From Iphione sp. A-MEVVRFRX5 (taxonomy: Eukaryota), in contig OZ320316.1 of the NCBI GenBank assembly GCA_976226885.1, forward strand, positions 77,004,001 through 77,068,000: 64,000 nucleotides of DNA, written 5' to 3'. Positions 59,572-64,000 of the stretch are shown piece by piece. The position numbers were made by a program, and so were the translations under genes. The notes beneath the pieces were generated by a model. That model saw nothing but the letters and a program-made list of their open reading frames with translations. It searched no databases and was not told where the DNA came from. Each line of letters begins with the position of its first letter. Position 1 is the first letter of the stretch.

Positions 59572-62500
59572 CTGCAGCAGAAATTAGAACGACACGGGGT
59601 AAGATTTAACCGTATAGCGCATATGTGTTCCGCTTTGGACTGACACAACAGGTGGTTTCGAAAGGTCACACATAAATACATGTATGTGGGCACGTGTGTA
59701 CGTTCACGTGCGTATGGGTGTTGATTATTCGGTTTTGCAGACACAGAGTGTTCGATGAGTAAGAGGCGACAGCTGATCAAATATAGCAGATATACATGTG
59801 GAGTCGACCAGGAGGGATGATGTGAGAGTGCAAAAAAAAAGAATCACAAATAGTGATGCTATGTAGAGTTTAATAACAAATACTGCGACAAGCATTGTTT
59901 GTCTGAGAAATCATTCATATTTCGTAAGGAGGATCAATTTAATATTACTACTTGGCCAAAGGACAAATAAAACAGCCAAAGTCGCTTTTATATATTCCAA
60001 TTTCTATTAGAAAAAAGTTACTTTTTCCTGGCCTTCGCTATTATGTAGGAGGGAAACACGTGGCTAAATATTCGTTACTTGAGCGGAATTTTATAATGAA
60101 GTTACTGTCAAGACGAAGAGGGCACAATTTTTTAATCCCATCACAAGTAAGACAGTGTAATTTGCTGCATGTCTGCGCGTGTTTTTTTTTACCTTTCGCG
60201 ACACTGACATGCCAACAGACGTGTGACGCACGCAATATAAAAAAACTATATAACTGTGGGGCAAATGATGAACATTTGCACGAGATCGTCCAGAGGTTTG
60301 ACTTGCACGAACTGGTTCGGCCTGGAGCCATGGATTAGGACATTGGCATCGACGGGGCCTCCCAACTCCTGCTGGTTATGAGAGGCCAGGAAAGTTCTTG
60401 ATCCATGTGGAACATTCCCTCTAAAAAAATACTGCAGTACTCTCTTCGCTTTCGCTCCACGCCCCAGGTATGTACATGTACATATCTATACGCATTGGAA
60501 GCATATTTTACCTTCACATATACACAACGGAAAACCTAAATCACATAAGCTATCTCAGAGCTGTGATCACAGCTTGGTCTTGATGCACGTATGATATGAG
60601 CGGCGCGCCACCGCTGATCGGTCTAACCTCACCTTTCTATGGAGCCGAAAACTTGGTCGTTTGCTCTTGTTCCTCTTAATTGATGAGAATCGACCGCCGA
60701 CCATTCCACTAGTATCATCCATGATTACTGAGGGTAATCCCAGGAGGAGAGGTTACAGTGTTATGTCCCCTTTCTTCTTGGTGGTGTTGTCTTTCCCCAA
60801 CTAGGTACTCCTTGCTTTCTGGCGGCTTTCTCGAGGCCCAGCACGGGCCCAGGTAAAACACATGACACGCTCACATTAACCAAAAGTGCGGGCCCCCTCC
60901 CCATGATACACGAAATGCCGACAGGGCCAGGCGTAAACTAGCGCATGGCCATTAATGCTCTAAAACATTACAGGTGCCACTAGCTGCAACCTCGAGTAGA
61001 GCTGCAAATGCTTGACACATTGCCAGAACTGTGCAAGAAACATCAAGTCAAGCTCGCCGCTGTCCTGGATTCAATATAATACCTGAATCTTAAGTGATTA
61101 GCATGACGAGAAATGTATCCAGAAAGAATTCAACTCGGTAAAATCCAACAGTCTCCAGCCAGTGGGTTGACATCCGGTAACCTCCATCGGAGCTAAGAAG
61201 TCACTATTTATGTCCTTACGTCTATCAAGTCGAGACGGCACTGGGGCTAGATCGACGCTAGCACCTTTAGTTATTGTGTCAGTGGCTGTAGACAAAGTAA
61301 CCCAGGATTCGGCGACGGCTTGTTCTGTAAATAAATTACACCAGCCACCAGAGCGATACGACGCTGCCAAGATTCCCTGCTCAGATGGTTCAGGCTCAGT
61401 CATTATGACCTGAGGACGCTGGCGGCGAACTTGGAATCAACAATCAGCCTTTGTTATCAACAACACCAAACGTCCTATTATACATTGTTACCTTTCTTGA
61501 ACTCGAGTTTACAGTGACATTTTCTTTCGTCTAACAAGTCTAAACCTAGAGCAAACGGCTGTTATTTTTTTCTTTTTATCTGTAGAGTGGCCCCTCTGTT
61601 ACACCTTTCTCCTTTGATGTGTACATTTATACATGCAATCTATGCAGTTTATTATGAAACGGCGAAGATCTGGTATTTGAACCAACATAGGCCCTTTAAC
61701 AATTATTTAGGTGCTTCTACCTTAATGAATATCGGCCAGTTCAATAGCATGCCAAAGAACTTTCGTAGTCAGTTTATCTACTCCTGTGATCATTTTTAAC
61801 TCAACTAAAAACACAGTATGTAACGAGCAATAATCGGAAAGCTCCTTCATCACTGAAAGATAAAGACTGACTTCAAAGGAAATTGCCCATTTTTTTAAGG
61901 CACTGCACCTTGTTGACAGTCTGCAAAGACCTGAGTGGATCGGTCACTCGCCCACATTCCTGATCCCGAACGTATATTTCATATGACCCCAAGAGTCCCA
62001 TTACACGACATATTGCGAAACTTTCATTATCAGCCCTAAGAGCGATTAAGAACCGGAAAAATGCTAATCAGCTTTCGCACACGGGTTTACACGTGTATAT
62101 GTATAAATATAAATCGTATATAAATGTACAGGGAAGTATATATGCACATACAAGTACATTACTGGCACGACTCAAGCGTTCGCGTGTTTATGAAGTAAGG
62201 TCGAACAGGGTGTAATAAATATATACACCAATCCTTTATTTGCGGCTTGAATAAAATGAATTTTTTCTCGAACGTTTACAACATAAGAGGTTGTAAACGT
62301 CAGGACATCCAGCACCAGCAGTCCTCATTGCTGTGAACACCTTGGGCAGTTAACAAGAAGCGCGTATCCTCTTTCAATAACACGTGGCCCGTTAGAGCCT
62401 GTCCAACCCATAAACTTGGCCTCCTCCTCCTCCGCTCACCTCTTCTTCATCTACTCCAGTCTATCTACCCTCTCCTTCCAAGAAACCCCACCTGCCAGGG

Positions 62501-63453
62501 AGTAGGCAGGCACCAGCCGGATGGGGTCATCAGTACTCGCCGATCTCTCAAAGTGGGTCACAGTTCGTTCACTATTCGCAAGAGGTCGCCTGCGGCATGA
62601 AATTTTGATCAATGCAGCGGCGAATCTGAATGTGCAGCATAGATTGAAGATATAAGTGTCTCTTGTTCTACTTCCCAATTGGCGGTAACCATCGACATGT
62701 TACTTTCCGTACTGGCTTGACAACGGTCTGAACTAAAGATGGTCGTCAGAGGTTTGGTGCTCCCCACCCCCAACTACATTTGATAAACTGCGAGTCCCTG
62801 CCCACATTGGGTTATAGGATTAGTGCGTGTACCGTACGTGTATTTCATTTAGGGAAGTAGATGCGGCCCTGGTTTGTGTCTAACACACCCCTGCCGCGTA
62901 ATGAGGCTTCCTATTTCAGGGACCAGGAGATTATCAATTACACACATGTCGCTGGACCCCAGGCTATTTTCAAACCTCCGAAGCAACAAATTACTGATTG
63001 CAACGGTAATGACTACACGTAATCTCCTGAGATGAAAGGGAACATTTCCAGCTGACATGTTCCATTACTTTTCAGTAGTAAATAGAACCAATTTCGTTAT
63101 CATTGGTTTTTCAGACCGCAGATTTGTAAATGACAGAATTATATATACATGGATCGAAGGCACCAAGAGCAAAAAAAAGAACATGTCTGTATGTAGGTGT
63201 GTACAGATGTATTGGCATACCTAACACCGACATAATTTTCCACGAATTTCTTCAAAGCACCAGAATTGACTGACGCCATAATTTTCATTCAGTTCCTTCC
63301 ACGTACACCTGAATTCACCAGCCTCATGATAAGCATGCATAATCTTATTCCAAATACACTAGAACTGCCTCATGTTATAATAATTTAGCAGGAAGCTCTT
63401 CTAAAATAGGTCTAAATATACTTCACGCAGGCACACATATCAATATACATGTA

Positions 63454-63638
63454 CAGTCAACTCCCACTTAGGAGACCACCTCTGGGAGTGGGACTGAAGG
63501 AGGAATGATCTCCCTTGCAATCTGGTTTCCCCCGAGATCTCCTTTTATACAGGAAATATACTGTTTGAGACTGTGATATAGTGATCTCCCCTGTGATCTG
63601 GTCTCCCCTACAATCTGGTCTTAGGTGAGAGTCCACTG
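63454..63638. mobile_element. Tc1/mariner(pogo)-type MITE, 185 bp
   Basis: TA|CAGT...ACTG|TA ends with imperfect ~24-bp inverted repeats. Confidence 0.65.
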
Positions 63639-64000
63639 TACATGTATGTGATTCTCCTCCTCACTGATTATCTGTCTGTGTCTCTATGTGCATGACTTTT
63701 GTGGATTAAGCCCCCTTTTCCAGGTATTTGATCTTTGTCCCGGTTGTTGTTCTGAAATGCGTGGGAATAGAGTGTCTTTGACTGGGGTGCATGATGCTAT
63801 TTAGTTTACATTTTAGTTACATTGTGCAAAGTGACCCTGGGGGCCAGGCTGATAATGGCTTGAAATCAACCTCTCATGCATCTCAGGGTTGCATCTGTAT
63901 GTGATAGATCCATCGGTTGGTTAATCAGCATCTTGCTGCTGCAGCCATTAAAACTGTTAGGAAATATGGTTAGCAGGTAGGTATGTCCTATGTACTGGTT

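Noticed and set aside
62440-62450. ATG AAG AAG AG|gtgagc as a first exon for a CH1-less isoform
   Set aside because: It ends at phase 2 whereas exon 59571 needs phase 0, and the phase-0 frame has a stop just upstream with no ATG.

Overview
Animal (invertebrate-type) genomic DNA with two main components. (1) A minus-strand spectraplakin gene (shot/MACF1/dystonin family) runs through the whole window. I traced 26 GT-AG exons by hand that join in one open frame (CH2 domain, plakin domain, SH3; 1205 aa), followed by a giant plectin-repeat exon of at least 8.6 kb that runs off the left edge. A candidate alternative first exon encodes an N-terminal transmembrane helix. (2) An intact, apparently very recent 11.5-kb Ty3/Gypsy LTR retrotransposon (28782-40293, plus strand) sits in a 20-kb intron of that gene. 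It has 586-bp LTRs in which I found no differences by eye, an ATAT target-site duplication, a tRNA-Leu primer site, a polypurine tract, and gag and pol linked by a predicted -1 frameshift signal. The most unusual part is a 5.8-kb accessory region between pol and the 3' LTR. It holds a 54/55-bp tandem array, a spliced antisense gene with its own poly(A) signal (acidic protein with SUMO-interaction-like and degron-like motifs), a CpG-rich divergent promoter-like region, and a sense 494-aa double-C2H2 zinc-finger ORF. This looks like a complex retrotransposon with an accessory, possibly anti-silencing, module; that function is inference only. Several MITEs, a Penelope-like hammerhead remnant and one assembly gap are also present. 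All calls were made by eye; no database search was run.
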